The position numbers were made by a program, and so were the translations under genes. A stretch of 48,717 nucleotides of DNA from assembly GCA_900544385.1 (NCBI GenBank), contig UQVD01000001.1:1-48717 (forward strand), written 5' to 3'. The notes under the pieces were generated by a model. That model ran no database searches, had not been told where the DNA came from, and saw nothing but the letters and a program-made list of their open reading frames with translations. This document shows positions 18,854 to 28,207 of this stretch, one piece after another. The stretch's first letter is position 1. Each line of letters begins with the position of its first letter. The stretch is from an uncultured Collinsella sp. Lineage in GTDB: Bacteria > Actinomycetota > Coriobacteriia > Coriobacteriales > Coriobacteriaceae.

Positions 18854-20761
18854 ATGGAACAGATTATCTTGAACATACTCGAGGCTCTGCGTCGCGGCGA
18901 GACCGTGGACGACAAAGCGCTCGTCAAACTGATACATGCCGAGGCGCGCCGCGAGGGTGCCGACAAGCGCGATTTGGCCAAGCGCCGTCTGCTGCCGTTC
19001 TACCAGCGGGTTAAACGTGAGGAGCCGGCTCGGTGGGCTGCGTGGAATGTCGATGCCGAATTGGAGCGTCAACTGCTGCAGGTCCTGCGCATGAAGCCTC
19101 GTCGCACGGCTTCGGGCGTGGCGACCATTACCGTCATCACCAAGCCCTGGCCGTGCTCGGGCGATTGCCTGTTTTGCCCCAACGATCTGCGCATGCCCAA
19201 AAGCTATCTGCACGCCGAGCCGGCGTGCGCCCGTGCAGAGCAAAATTGCTTTGACCCGTATCTGCAGGTGAGCGCTCGTCTGACCGCGCTTTCGCAGATG
19301 GGGCATGCGACCGACAAGATAGAGCTCATCGTGCTCGGTGGCACCTGGAGCGACTATCCGCAAGGGTACCAGACATGGTTTATGTCGGAGCTCTTTCGTG
19401 CACTCAATGATGATGCGGTGGCGGGCGTGGCGGCCAACCCCATGTTGGCGCGTCCGGGCATCAGCCGTGCCGAGGCAGGGCGCCTGCTCGATGACGCTCC
19501 CGCCGATGCCCTGCCGCCGGTGGTAACAGAGCGCCGCGAGCGCTATCGGGCTGCCGGCATTGCGACAGACGAGGCTGAGCTTGCTGCCGGCGTTGCCGAC
19601 GAGCAGGGGCGTGTGGATGCTGTCGTTGGTGGCTATAACCGCGCAGTGCGTCGTCTGTACGGCCCCGGTACGCCATGGGGCGAGGCTGCCGAGTGGCAGA
19701 CGGCAACGATGGAGGAGCTCGAGCGTCAGCAGCGCATCAACGAGACGGCGAAGCATCGCGTGGTGGGCCTCGTTATCGAGACGCGCCCCGATGCCGTGAC
19801 GCCGCAGACCCTCACGCTTATCCGCCGCCTGGGCTGCACCAAGATCCAGATGGGTATTCAGAGTCTCGACCAACATTTGCTCGATATCAACGAGCGTCGC
19901 ATTTCGGTGGCGCAGATCGAGCGGGCGTTTTCGCTTGCACGCCTGTTTGGCTTTAAGATCCACGCGCATTTTATGCTCAACTTGCTGGGCGCCACGTCCG
20001 AAGGGGACAAGCGCGATTACGAGCGCTTTATGACCGAAGGGGCCTTTATGCCCGACGAGGTCAAAGTCTATCCGTGTGCGCTCATCGAGGGCTCGCGTCT
20101 GGTGGGCTGCTACGAGCGCGGCGAGTGGCGTCCCTATACCGAGGAAGAGCTGCTCGATGTGCTGGCCGATGACATCGTGGTGACGCCGTCGTTCTGCCGT
20201 ATCAGTCGCATGATCCGCGATTTTAGTTCCGATGACATCATGGTGGGCAACAAGAAGCCCAACCTGCGTCAGCTCGTTGAGAACCGCCTGGCTGCTCGGG
20301 GTGACGGTGCGACGGTGCGCGAGATTCGCTATCGCGAGATCAGTACGGCGGGTGCCGACTTGGATGAGCTGTCTCTTGATGAGGAAGTGGCGTACGAGAC
20401 GCCGGTGACTTACGAGCGCTTTTTGCAGTGGGTGACGCCGCAGGGCAAGATCGCGGGCTTTTTGCGGTTGTCGCTGCCCGACCATTCGTTTGTTGCCGCG
20501 CATGCGGACGAGTTGCCGACGTCTCCGGACGAGGCGATGATTCGCGAGGTGCACGTGTATGGCATGGCGGCACGCGTGGGCGACCAGGGCCAGGCGGCGC
20601 AGCATCACGGGTTGGGGCGTTTGCTCGTAGAGCGTGCGTGCGAGATTGCCCGGGATGCCGGCTATGCGCGCATCAATGTGATTAGCGCGATTGGCACACG
20701 CGAGTACTATCGCCATCTTGGATTTTATGATCATGGCCTTTATCTGCAAAAGGAGCTTTAG
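18854..20761 (+). CDS. Elp3-like radical SAM / GNAT tRNA acetyltransferase
   Basis: RTASGVATITVITKPWPCSGDCLFCP, MPKSY, IETRPD, IREVHVYG, QHHGLG, ISAIGTREYY. Confidence 0.9.
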   Translation: MEQIILNILEALRRGETVDDKALVKLIHAEARREGADKRDLAKRRLLPFYQRVKREEPARWAAWNVDAELERQLLQVLRMKPRRTASGVATITVITKPWPCSGDCLFCPNDLRMPKSYLHAEPACARAEQNCFDPYLQVSARLTALSQMGHATDKIELIVLGGTWSDYPQGYQTWFMSELFRALNDDAVAGVAANPMLARPGISRAEAGRLLDDAPADALPPVVTERRERYRAAGIATDEAELAAGVADEQGRVDAVVGGYNRAVRRLYGPGTPWGEAAEWQTATMEELERQQRINETAKHRVVGLVIETRPDAVTPQTLTLIRRLGCTKIQMGIQSLDQHLLDINERRISVAQIERAFSLARLFGFKIHAHFMLNLLGATSEGDKRDYERFMTEGAFMPDEVKVYPCALIEGSRLVGCYERGEWRPYTEEELLDVLADDIVVTPSFCRISRMIRDFSSDDIMVGNKKPNLRQLVENRLAARGDGATVREIRYREISTAGADLDELSLDEEVAYETPVTYERFLQWVTPQGKIAGFLRLSLPDHSFVAAHADELPTSPDEAMIREVHVYGMAARVGDQGQAAQHHGLGRLLVERACEIARDAGYARINVISAIGTREYYRHLGFYDHGLYLQKEL

Positions 20762-21640
20762 ATGAACAAGCCGAGTGTTTCTGCCGGCGTCGTCGCCGGC
20801 GTTGCTCTGGGAGCCGCGGCGCTTGGTGCGGCCGCCGTCGCTGTTCGCGCTGCCTGTCTGCAGGTTGCGCGAACCCGCAATGGGTTGGCGCGTGTGAAAC
20901 GCGTGCACGATGAGGGCGGCGATGAGATTCGCGTGTTGGTGCAAGGCGGCGTCTACCAAAGCGCGAGCTATGTCGTTGAGCGTTGGGCCGAGCCCGTCTT
21001 TGCGTACTATCGTTCGTTTGACGACGTGTTTGAGTCCGAGGATGCGATGCGCGACGCTTATGGTCACGGCATCGACCGCATGCTTATGCTGGGCGGCGGC
21101 GGGTTTGCCTATCCCAAGTTCGCGCTGATGTCGCACGAGGGCTTGCGCATGGACGTCATCGAGTATGACGCAGAGATTACGCGTCTGGCACGTCGCTGGT
21201 TCTACCTGGACGAGCTGGAGCGCGCGGTGGGCGATCGCCTGCGGGTGATTACCGCTGAGGCGCGTTCGTACCTGGGCGTGACGAGCGTGGGCCATCGTCG
21301 CTACGACGTGATCGTGAGCGATTGCTTTGGCGGTGCCGAGCCCGTGCGTGAGCTGGCGACCGTTGAGGCGCTGCGTTTAGTGCGTGGCAGCCTAAATGTT
21401 GGTGGCGTCTACGTCGTCAATATCGTGAGCGCAAACGAGGGGAGCGACGTGACGTTCCTGCGCGACTGCGCTGCCACGGCACTCGAGGTATTCGTCCACG
21501 CCTGGGTGGTCCCATGTGGCGATGCGAAGTTCGGCGGCGAGGAAAACTACCTGCTCATCGCCAGCGACGGCAACTACGCCTTTGCCGAAGCCGTGCCCTT
21601 CGACACCGACTTCCTCGGCACCGTCCTTCACGACATATAG
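20762..21640 (+). CDS. Spermidine-synthase-like SAM-dependent methyltransferase
   Basis: LMLGGGGFAYPK, DVIEYD, YDVIVSDCF, GGVYVVNI; N-terminal hydrophobic anchor. Confidence 0.75.
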   Translation: MNKPSVSAGVVAGVALGAAALGAAAVAVRAACLQVARTRNGLARVKRVHDEGGDEIRVLVQGGVYQSASYVVERWAEPVFAYYRSFDDVFESEDAMRDAYGHGIDRMLMLGGGGFAYPKFALMSHEGLRMDVIEYDAEITRLARRWFYLDELERAVGDRLRVITAEARSYLGVTSVGHRRYDVIVSDCFGGAEPVRELATVEALRLVRGSLNVGGVYVVNIVSANEGSDVTFLRDCAATALEVFVHAWVVPCGDAKFGGEENYLLIASDGNYAFAEAVPFDTDFLGTVLHDI

Positions 21641-21666
21641 GTCTTCCCGTCCCAAAAAGACTGGTC

Positions 21667-24111
21667 TTAGGCGTGGTCGCGCCAGCCGAGAACGCGCTGC
21701 TTCATGCCCTCTATATCGAGCACGCCTTCGGCAAAGCCCTTGCGCACGAGCTCTTCTGGAACGAATTCGTCGTAGCGGTCAAAGTAAGGCACCTCGCCGG
21801 GATAGACGAGCTCGATGAGATCGAAGTCCTTCTCGGCCTCGGCGGCGAGCACCTCAAAGAACGTCTCCTCGTTGGCCTTCATCTTAAACTGCATAAAGTA
21901 CGGACGTGACGGATCGAGTCCGCGAAGGCCCAGTTCAGCGGCACACTTAATCTTGAGCATGCGCTCGAGCGCCAAAAAGGCGTAGCTGCCCAGCCAGGGG
22001 AAGAGCACCCAGGTGTCGCCACCCAGGTTGATGAGCGGCTTAGTTCCCGCGCCCGAAAGCTTGGCCGTATGACGAGCCTGCGCTAAGCGGGCCCGTGCGT
22101 TACCCATGAGGTACGGATATGTCGCGTGCTCGTTGAGCGCCTTGCGCATGCGCTCGAGTACGTGTGTATTGATGTCGCCGGGGCAGTCGCCAAAGTAGGC
22201 CGGTACCCGGCCCTTGACCTGCGTGGCAAAGACAGTGTGACGCTTCCAGTCCACTTCCTCGACAATCCAGCAGTGTCCGGCGATGGCGATGCGCTCACCG
22301 GGCGGGGGCGGATTAACAATCGTGCCCAGCTCGGCCGATTCGCTGCGAACGGTGAACTCCTCGTTTTCTTGGAACACAGCGTAGAACTTAAAGTTGTTGA
22401 TGATGCGCTCGCCCGCGAGACCCACGATGAGCCCGCCACCTTCGGTGACCTGGATATGGTCGATCTTAATGAGGTGACGTAGCAGCGCACGGTAATCGTC
22501 TGCCGAGACACGGTGGAAATAACTGAGCGTGAGCACGCGCTGGGCTAGTTCGGCCGGCGTGAGCTCGCCGGTGCTGGCGAGGGTCGACATAGTCTGGTGA
22601 TAGAGCAGGCTGTAGGGGAGTCGATCGAGCTCGGGCGGCTCGACCCACTTTTCCTCGCGATAGAGTTGTACGAGCGCGATACCCTGCAGGAGCTTCCAGG
22701 GAATGGTTTCGGGCATCATCGTGCGCGGCTCGGGTTCTTCCTCGCGCATGACAAACCACATCTCGGGCGGAAGGTCGCGACGGCCTGTGCGCCCCATGCG
22801 CTGCAAAAAGGAGCTGACGGTAAACGGCGCGTCAATCTGGAAGGCGCGCTCCAGGCGGCCGATATCGATACCGAGCTCCAGCGTAGAGGTGGTGACGGTT
22901 GTCTGCGCCTGCTCCTCGTCGCGCATAAGCTCCTCGGCCGTCTCGCGCAGCGATGCCGAAAGATTGCCGTGATGGATGAGAAAGCGGTCGGGCTCGTGTC
23001 GACTTTCGCAGTAGCTGCGCAGCATGGAGCACACGGCCTCTGCCTCCTCGCGCGAGTTGGCAAAGACCAGGCACTTGCGGCCGCGCGTATGCTCAAAGAT
23101 ATAGCCCATACCGGGGTCGGCGTTGTCGGGCGCCGTGTCGGTGGGGTTGAGAAGCGCCTGCTCGGTCGCTCGTGGGATGTCGACTTCGCCCTCGGGGGCC
23201 GAGGAAGTGCGACGGTCTTTGGGAGCGTCCTTGCCCCGCGCCTGCTCGCGACGTTGACGACGTTCCGCCTGTGTAAGCTGTCCGCTGTGGCGCATGTCTT
23301 GTCCGGATGCGGGCAGCGCCGCGGGTGCCACTGCCTCAATGCGCTCGCACGCAAGCACTTCGGCCTCTTGAGGACCCATGCTCTCGAATCCTCGCTGCTG
23401 TGCCTGGGGACCCGAGTTGTAGAAGTGCTCCATGGAGATACGCCACACGCGACGCGGTTCCTCAAAACGGGGGATAACGCAGTCGCGTCCCGTTCCCTGT
23501 GAGAGAAAGGCACCCGTGCGCTCGGGGTCGCCGATGGTGGCCGAAAGGCCAATGCGGCGGGGCTGCACGCCTGCCATGCGCGAGAGTCGCTCGATAAGGC
23601 AGAGCGTCTGCCCGCCACGGTCGCCGCGCATGAGCGAATGGACCTCGTCGATGACCACATAGCGCAGGTCGCAAAACATGCGCGGGATCGCCATGTGCTT
23701 ATGGATTAAGAGCGCTTCGAGTGACTCGGGCGTAATCTGCAAGATGCCGCTCGGTTTTTTGATGAGCTTAGCCTTGTGCGACTGCGAGACATCGCCATGC
23801 CAGTGCCAGACAGGGATATTGGCTTCTTCGCACAGGTCGTTGAGGCGGACGAATTGGTCATTGATGAGCGCCTTGAGGGGGCCAATGTAGAGGGCGCCCA
23901 CGCTTGCGGGCGGGTTCTCCCAAAACTCGGTCAGGATGGGAAAAAAGGCTGCCTCGGTTTTGCCGGAAGCCGTGGATGCCGTCAGGAGCACATTGTCCTG
24001 CGTGTTAAAGATGGCATCTGCCGCCGCAACCTGGATAGAGCGCAAGCTCTCCCAATCGTGGGAGTAGATGAAGTCTTGGATAAACGGGGCGTAGCGGTCA
24101 AAGGCGTTCAC
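21667..24111 (-). CDS. Lhr-like DEAD/DEAH helicase (Shango SngC-like)
   Basis: ASTASGKTEAAF, PLKALINDQ, IDEVH, GLSAT, HHGNL, TSTLELGIDIG, QRMGRTGRR; GTG start after GGAGG. Confidence 0.88.
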   Translation of the reverse strand: MNAFDRYAPFIQDFIYSHDWESLRSIQVAAADAIFNTQDNVLLTASTASGKTEAAFFPILTEFWENPPASVGALYIGPLKALINDQFVRLNDLCEEANIPVWHWHGDVSQSHKAKLIKKPSGILQITPESLEALLIHKHMAIPRMFCDLRYVVIDEVHSLMRGDRGGQTLCLIERLSRMAGVQPRRIGLSATIGDPERTGAFLSQGTGRDCVIPRFEEPRRVWRISMEHFYNSGPQAQQRGFESMGPQEAEVLACERIEAVAPAALPASGQDMRHSGQLTQAERRQRREQARGKDAPKDRRTSSAPEGEVDIPRATEQALLNPTDTAPDNADPGMGYIFEHTRGRKCLVFANSREEAEAVCSMLRSYCESRHEPDRFLIHHGNLSASLRETAEELMRDEEQAQTTVTTSTLELGIDIGRLERAFQIDAPFTVSSFLQRMGRTGRRDLPPEMWFVMREEEPEPRTMMPETIPWKLLQGIALVQLYREEKWVEPPELDRLPYSLLYHQTMSTLASTGELTPAELAQRVLTLSYFHRVSADDYRALLRHLIKIDHIQVTEGGGLIVGLAGERIINNFKFYAVFQENEEFTVRSESAELGTIVNPPPPGERIAIAGHCWIVEEVDWKRHTVFATQVKGRVPAYFGDCPGDINTHVLERMRKALNEHATYPYLMGNARARLAQARHTAKLSGAGTKPLINLGGDTWVLFPWLGSYAFLALERMLKIKCAAELGLRGLDPSRPYFMQFKMKANEETFFEVLAAEAEKDFDLIELVYPGEVPYFDRYDEFVPEELVRKGFAEGVLDIEGMKQRVLGWRDHA

Positions 24112-24194
24112 GGGGCCTCCTCTCAAAAACGAATCTCTCAACGCGGCTGGCAACGGCTTGCTGCATTACTGCCTCAACGTTTGCCCAGATAGAA

Positions 24195-24227
24195 CCTACC
24201 AAAATAAACCTGTCCCTTTTTGGCAGG
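24195..24227. repeat. Short palindrome with GGGACAGG core (minus strand)
   Basis: CCTACCAAAA-TAAACCTGTCCCT-TTTTGGCAGG; same core as 10073-10125. Confidence 0.55.
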
Positions 24228-25532
24228 CTAGATGGTGAATTCGGCGAAGTTACGGTCGCCGTCTGCGGTGCCGGTGTCGCCTGTTGCGGCTGCCGGCGCC
24301 AGCGCGTCGCCACCAACGCTTTGCAGCAGCTCCGCCACATTTGCATCGGGGTTCTGACACAGGATATCGAGCAGCTCGATAAAGTCACGAATGACTTCAC
24401 GCGGCGTCAGATGTGTGTCGGCCCCCACGCGGCCAAACTCAATCTTGAGAAAGTCCACCAAGTCGTTCTCGGTAAGCGTGGGCGTCCAGCCAAAGTAGCC
24501 GGCATGGATCTGCATGAGCTTTTCGATGAGCACCAGCAACTCCTCATAGGTGAGTGGCTGCAGGCGGATGATGGGCGCGAGCATGTCCTTAAGATCCTCG
24601 CGTGCAAAGCGGCCTTGAGCGAGTCGGCTACGCAGGGCCTCGTAGGAGAACACGCCACGGCGGCGGTCTTCGATGGAGGTTGGCGTGCCGCCCATGATCA
24701 TGCCCAGGTACTGCGCCTTGCCCTGGAGCGTGTCGTTGTACATGGTCAGGATCTTCTCGTAGTTGTATTGGCGTGTGATGGCGTTGGGAATCTTATACAG
24801 ATTCACGAGTTCGTCGATGAGCACCAGCATGCCCTTGTAGCCGCTGCAGACCAAAAAGCGCGCAATGAGCTTAACGTAGTCGTACCAGTCGTCATCGCTG
24901 ATGATGGTCGAGGAGCCCAGCTCGGCGCGTGCCTCACTCTTGGTGCGGTACTCGCCACGAATCCATTTGGTCACGCGGCTCATAGCTTCTTCGTCGCCCT
25001 CGGATACGGCCGCGCGGTAGCGGCGGAGCATACGGGCGAAGTCGAAGCCGTGGACCATTTCCTCGAGCGGGGCCAGTTGGGCATTGACGGCAGACTCATC
25101 GGCATCGGCACACGAGGCGACCCAGCGATCCAGGATAAGGTTGAGCGCACCGCCCTCGGGGCGCGTTTTAGTCGATATGTTGCGGATGAGCTCACGGTAG
25201 GTGGCAAGGCCCTGTCCCTGGCCGCCCTGCAGGCGGCGCTCAGGGGATAGGTCGGCATCGGCGACGACGAATCCCTCGCCCATGGCGTGCGTGCGGATGG
25301 TCTGGAGCAAAAAGCTCTTGCCGGCGCCGTAACGACCGACTAAAAAACGGAAGCTCGCGCCACCGTCGGAGATGAGACTCAGATCGGTGAGCAGGGCGCG
25401 AATCTCGACCTCGCGTCCCACGGTGATATAGGGAAGGCCGATGCGCGGGACCACGCCGCCCTTGAGCGAGTTTAGGATAACGGCGGCGACGCGCTTGGGC
25501 ACGCGGGGTGCTGCGGATGCGGTATCACTCAT
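24228..25532 (-). CDS. DUF2791 P-loop ATPase (BrxD/Shango SngB-like)
   Basis: SLKGGVVPRIGL, Walker A GRYGAGKS, LATYREL, Walker B LIDE, SYEALRSRL, TPREVIRDF. Confidence 0.88.
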   Translation of the reverse strand: MSDTASAAPRVPKRVAAVILNSLKGGVVPRIGLPYITVGREVEIRALLTDLSLISDGGASFRFLVGRYGAGKSFLLQTIRTHAMGEGFVVADADLSPERRLQGGQGQGLATYRELIRNISTKTRPEGGALNLILDRWVASCADADESAVNAQLAPLEEMVHGFDFARMLRRYRAAVSEGDEEAMSRVTKWIRGEYRTKSEARAELGSSTIISDDDWYDYVKLIARFLVCSGYKGMLVLIDELVNLYKIPNAITRQYNYEKILTMYNDTLQGKAQYLGMIMGGTPTSIEDRRRGVFSYEALRSRLAQGRFAREDLKDMLAPIIRLQPLTYEELLVLIEKLMQIHAGYFGWTPTLTENDLVDFLKIEFGRVGADTHLTPREVIRDFIELLDILCQNPDANVAELLQSVGGDALAPAAATGDTGTADGDRNFAEFTI

Positions 25533-27285
25533 GGTCTAGGTATCCTCTCACGTCTGCTTCGTAGTCCTCAATAATCTGCGGCCCTGCCGCGCTAAATTCA
25601 ATTACGGTGTCGCCCACCAGGTCAAAGAGCGTCTCGTTGATGGTATCGACGAGCATGTCCTCGCTCTGCCCCGATTGCACTACCGCCGATTCCGCCTGTA
25701 CTGCGTTGTGCTCGAGCAGCGCGCGGAGATAGGCGTCTGCGGCGGGCGCGAGTTCGTTCGTGGCGTCAGCGGGCACTGAGGCTGCGAACGCTGACGTTGG
25801 CGCGAGAAGCGGTGCCACGACACCAAACTGTTCGGTGGATATGGTCGGCTCGTCGGTCAAGTCCTGCCGAATGGGTGCCACGACCGCCTCGACAATCGCG
25901 TCGGCTACGGGCCCGGCTTCCGGTTGCCCTGAGTCCGCTGCCTCGGCTTCTGCGGACGCGCCGTCCTCGCGTTCCTCATCGATCAAAAGCGCTTCGCGCG
26001 TTTGCGCAGCGGCGTTCCGAATGTGCCCCAGCTGACTCAGATCGATATCGATCTTGACGGGCTGGTGTGCGGCGTCCCACGAAAGCCATGCCACAATCTC
26101 GTCATCGATAATCTTGGCCAGATATTTGGGGACCTTTTCTTCCTTAAGGGGATGGGCGGGGTCCAGCGCCAGGCGCAGGCGTTGGTCGCAGGCGCGCATC
26201 ATTTCACCGAGCTTGCTGCTCTTTTGCCTACTACCATGGATACGCATACATTCCCAAAAGCCGTTTTGGCAACGGTAGATATGGATGGGATCCAGGCGGT
26301 ATTCGCAGTCCTCGTGGCGCTCGGGCGCAAAGAATACGGCCGAGGCAAACATGGTGTAGGGCATGGCCGTCTCCTCCCCAAACAAGCTCGCTACGATGCC
26401 GGTCTTTCGGTGCGTGTCATAGTAGCGCGCCATGTGGACATACACGGCGCATGCCACGTGGCGCAGATCGCGGTGGTGGCTGCGGTCGAGCCGCGAGTTA
26501 CTTAGGTTGTACGTGGAGAGGGCGTTGATGGCGGCCATGAGTCGCTCCTCGCGCACCTCATCGGGCGGAAGGGGGAGCGTGGGCTCGGAGGTTTTGCGAC
26601 GTTTGGGGGTCTGGTCGGACGGTGCCGGTGCCGGTACAAGGTCTCGTGCCGCGCGCCGCAGCTCGATAAGGGCGTTATCGAACATGACGGTTTTAGAGTC
26701 ACGAAGCAGCTTGGGGTCGAGCCCATGGAATACGGCGTAATCCTGCAACCACACGCGTGCAAACCGATCAATGCCGGGCTCGAAGGCGCGATAGACATCC
26801 CAAAAGGCCTTGATCTTGTTAAAACCGTCGAGCGGGTCATCTACGCCAATGCCGCAGATCAGCTCATAGAGATACAGAAAGGCAAAGGACGTAGACGTTT
26901 CCTCGACGGTTCCGCGGCGCACTTGGGCACGCCAGGTAAAGTAGCCGCGCAACTGTCGATCGCTCATGGCATTGTAGGTGGGAAAGTACGACTTAAAGGT
27001 GCCGTTGTAGGGGCAGTCGTCCTCAAAGTCGGCCATCAGCAGGCCTTGGCGGTAGAAAAGCTCGGCTTCCGAAAGCCAGCGGCCCGCGCCGCCCTTGGGG
27101 TCATCCTGCCAGCGCGATATCTCGCGCATCTTGCGGTATTGGTCGGGGAGGAAATTCTGCATCTGTCGGCCGGTTTTGAGAATCGGCTCGTCTGCGTAGA
27201 TTTCGTTTGAGAAGCGGGCGGACTGATGGGTCCGGGCCTCGGCCATAATGCGCTCGATGAGCATCTTGATGTCCTGGTCGGCCAC
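25525..27285 (-). CDS. TerB N-terminal / TerB-C domain protein (Shango SngA-like)
   Basis: SYFPTYNAMSDRQLRGYFTWR, FAFLYLYEL (TerB_N-like); LVDTINETLFDLVGDTVIE (TerB_C-like); overlaps the ATPase start. Confidence 0.82.
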   Translation of the reverse strand: MADQDIKMLIERIMAEARTHQSARFSNEIYADEPILKTGRQMQNFLPDQYRKMREISRWQDDPKGGAGRWLSEAELFYRQGLLMADFEDDCPYNGTFKSYFPTYNAMSDRQLRGYFTWRAQVRRGTVEETSTSFAFLYLYELICGIGVDDPLDGFNKIKAFWDVYRAFEPGIDRFARVWLQDYAVFHGLDPKLLRDSKTVMFDNALIELRRAARDLVPAPAPSDQTPKRRKTSEPTLPLPPDEVREERLMAAINALSTYNLSNSRLDRSHHRDLRHVACAVYVHMARYYDTHRKTGIVASLFGEETAMPYTMFASAVFFAPERHEDCEYRLDPIHIYRCQNGFWECMRIHGSRQKSSKLGEMMRACDQRLRLALDPAHPLKEEKVPKYLAKIIDDEIVAWLSWDAAHQPVKIDIDLSQLGHIRNAAAQTREALLIDEEREDGASAEAEAADSGQPEAGPVADAIVEAVVAPIRQDLTDEPTISTEQFGVVAPLLAPTSAFAASVPADATNELAPAADAYLRALLEHNAVQAESAVVQSGQSEDMLVDTINETLFDLVGDTVIEFSAAGPQIIEDYEADVRGYLDHE

Positions 27286-27335
27286 CGCTCCTCCTCTCGA
27301 ACGCAGCTACGGTGACCTCATATCATAGCACAGCA

Positions 27336-27351
27336 TCAAACAGATGTTCGA
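27336..27351 (-). promoter_or_regulatory. Candidate LexA box in the promoter of the TerB/ATPase/helicase operon
   Basis: Minus strand TCGAACATCTGTTTGA (one mismatch to TCGAAC-N4-GTTCGA), followed by extended -10-like TGCTATGAT about 40 bp before the start codon. Confidence 0.6.
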
Positions 27352-27372
27352 GATACTGCTGCGTTGATAGAT

Positions 27373-28089
27373 TTAGAACAGGAGGGCGTAGATGACGGCG
27401 ATGACGACGGAGGGAAGCATATTGGCCGTGCGGAAGGTCTGAGGACGGATGAGGTTGACGCCGACGCAGAAGATGAGCATGGAGCCTACGAGCGAAAGGC
27501 TGTCGAGGGCTGCCGTGGTCATGATGGGGGAGAGCGCGCCGGCAAACAACGTGATCGTCCCCTGGAACACGGCTACGGGCAGGGCCGAGAAGATGCAGCC
27601 GCGTCCGAGCGACGCCGTCATGGTGCAGACGATGATGCAGTCCAGTGCGCCCTTGAGGGCAAGCGTTGACCAGTCGCCGAGCAGGCCGTCCTGGATCGAT
27701 CCTACAATTGCCATGGCGCCGATACACACGGTGAGTGAAGTCGAGACAAAAGCGTTGGTGAACTCGTTATCGCCCTCACTGCCGGTCTTGCGCTTGAGCC
27801 ATTCGCCAAGGTTCTCGATGGCGGCTTCCAAGTTGACGGCCTCGCCGATGAGCGAACCGAGCGCAAATGAGACGATGAGCATGGTGGTGCCGGTGGTCGC
27901 TAGCGCCTTCCCATCGATAAGGAGCATCTTTTGCATGGTGCCGCCAAGGCCGATAAACAGGACGCATAGCCCCGATGCTTTCATGAGCGTGTCTTGGATG
28001 CGCGGTGTGATGAAGCGGCCGCCCGCTAATCCCAAAAGACCGCCCGCAACTAAAAGCACAACGTTGATGATTGTTCCCAAGCCCGGCAT
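27373..28089 (-). CDS. DUF554 membrane protein
   Basis: GLGTIIN, CIGAMAIVGSIQDGL, KGALD, ANMLPS; multiple TM segments. Confidence 0.88.
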   Translation of the reverse strand: MPGLGTIINVVLLVAGGLLGLAGGRFITPRIQDTLMKASGLCVLFIGLGGTMQKMLLIDGKALATTGTTMLIVSFALGSLIGEAVNLEAAIENLGEWLKRKTGSEGDNEFTNAFVSTSLTVCIGAMAIVGSIQDGLLGDWSTLALKGALDCIIVCTMTASLGRGCIFSALPVAVFQGTITLFAGALSPIMTTAALDSLSLVGSMLIFCVGVNLIRPQTFRTANMLPSVVIAVIYALLF

Positions 28090-28207
28090 GAGCCCTCCTG
28101 TATTGATGCCAACGTGGCAATCGTAGCAGAACGAAATGCGAGGCACATCGCGACTCATCTAATACGTTATATAAGTGGTGTTAGGAATGATGTGCAGCAT
28201 TTAAGCC

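Noticed and set aside
18650..21295. 881-aa minus-strand ORF
   Set aside because: Antisense shadow of the Elp3-like and methyltransferase genes in high-GC DNA; no recognisable motifs
21667..25532. BREX system
   Set aside because: DUF2791 ATPase and helicase are present but pglZ, pglX and brxC are absent; the TerB-domain partner fits Shango better
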